DNA of 36,921 nucleotides, from NCBI GenBank assembly GCA_038199465.1, contig JBBPYZ010000038.1:1-36921 (forward strand). The letters are read 5' to 3'. Source of the stretch: Acidimicrobiales bacterium. GTDB taxonomy: Bacteria > Actinomycetota > Acidimicrobiia > Acidimicrobiales > JAUJNH01. Made by a program: the position numbers and the translations under genes. This document shows positions 36,511 through 36,921 of this stretch, piece after piece (position 1 is the stretch's first letter; every line of letters begins with the position of its first letter). The notes beneath the pieces were generated by a model. It worked only from the letters and a program-made list of their open reading frames with translations, was not told the DNA's origin and ran no database searches.

Positions 36511-36921
36511 GTGACCCGCAGGATGCCCAACGTGGTGCCGCCGACCACCAGGCAGCTGGTCACCCTGGCCAACATCCTGGTCGTCGCCTCCTGCTGCGCC
36601 TTTGTGTGGCTCCACCTGCAGCCCCACCTGCTGCTGCGCAACACCACCCCGTCGGGCGGCGACATGGGGGCGCACGTGTGGGGGCCGGCCTACCTGCGCA
36701 ACACCCTGCTCCCCTCAGGCCGCATCACCGGGTGGAGCATGGACTGGTACGCCGGTTTCCCCGCGCTGACCTTCTACTTCCCGCTGCCCAGCCTGATGAT
36801 CGCCCTGCTCAGCTTCTTGGTGCCCTCCGGGATCGCCTTCAAGCTGGTCACGGTGCTCGGGCTGGTCACCCTGCCCGCCTCCGCCGCCGCCTTCGGGGTG
36901 CTCAGCGGCATGCGGCGGCCC
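36511..36921 (+). CDS. Polytopic membrane protein, 5' fragment (GT-C-like, GGDxGAH loop motif); runs off the right edge
   Basis: Not in the track because it is open-ended. My translation from GTG 36511 (or ATG 36523) is VTRRMPNVVPPTTRQLVTLANILVVASCCAFVWLHLQPHLLLRNTTPSGGDMGAHVWGPAYLRNTLLPSGRITGWSMDWYAGFPALTFYFPLPSLMIALL... GC3 is high and the frame stays open to position 36921. The acidic GGD motif follows TM1. Confidence 0.6.
   Translation, partial: MTRRMPNVVPPTTRQLVTLANILVVASCCAFVWLHLQPHLLLRNTTPSGGDMGAHVWGPAYLRNTLLPSGRITGWSMDWYAGFPALTFYFPLPSLMIALLSFLVPSGIAFKLVTVLGLVTLPASAAAFGVLSGMRRP

Overview
This is a very GC-rich, gene-dense chromosomal segment with third codon positions almost all G/C. 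It looks actinobacterial: it has a DUF3499 gene, a DUF5719-like gene, and fbiA/fbiB-type F420 genes next to a manB-type gene, as in the M. tuberculosis Rv3256c-Rv3267 region. I call 31 protein-coding genes, two of them cut by the window edges. By eye I see no rRNA, tRNA, CRISPR array, transposase, integrase or defence-type nuclease or helicase genes.

Positions 1 to about 32.9 kb are almost entirely cell-envelope glycan machinery:
- Two divergent GT4 genes.
- A GDP-mannose pyrophosphorylase.
- A Gtr-like module: GtrA, a soluble GT2, a 772-aa GT-C-like membrane protein, a GtrB/ArnC-like GT2, an SDR epimerase and a SAM methyltransferase.
- A gmd-cofD-cofE operon.
- An FAD oxidoreductase, two tandem GT39-like GT-C paralogues and rmd (GDP-D-rhamnose branch).
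- A 1290-aa fusion of a GT2 domain, a polytopic membrane region and an ectodomain, followed by a DUF5719-like partner and a membrane-anchored CxxC protein.
- A frameshifted Tat-exported peptidoglycan hydrolase.
- A five-gene galactofuran operon: GlfT2-like, glf, wzt, wzm, GlfT2-like.

The right end carries ftsH, DUF3499, a CPBP protease and the start of another GT-C-like membrane protein.

The best candidate for something undescribed is the combined pathway. It resembles mycobacterial arabinogalactan in logic: cytoplasmic galactofuran, ABC export, then GtrA plus several GT-C decorators. However, it supplies GDP-D-rhamnose instead of any arabinose-donor genes, has duplicated GlfT2-type polymerases and lacks GlfT1.

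All family assignments come from motif recognition and remembered reference sequences. No searches were run. Start codons are often ambiguous. Most long ORFs in the track are GC-driven shadow frames.
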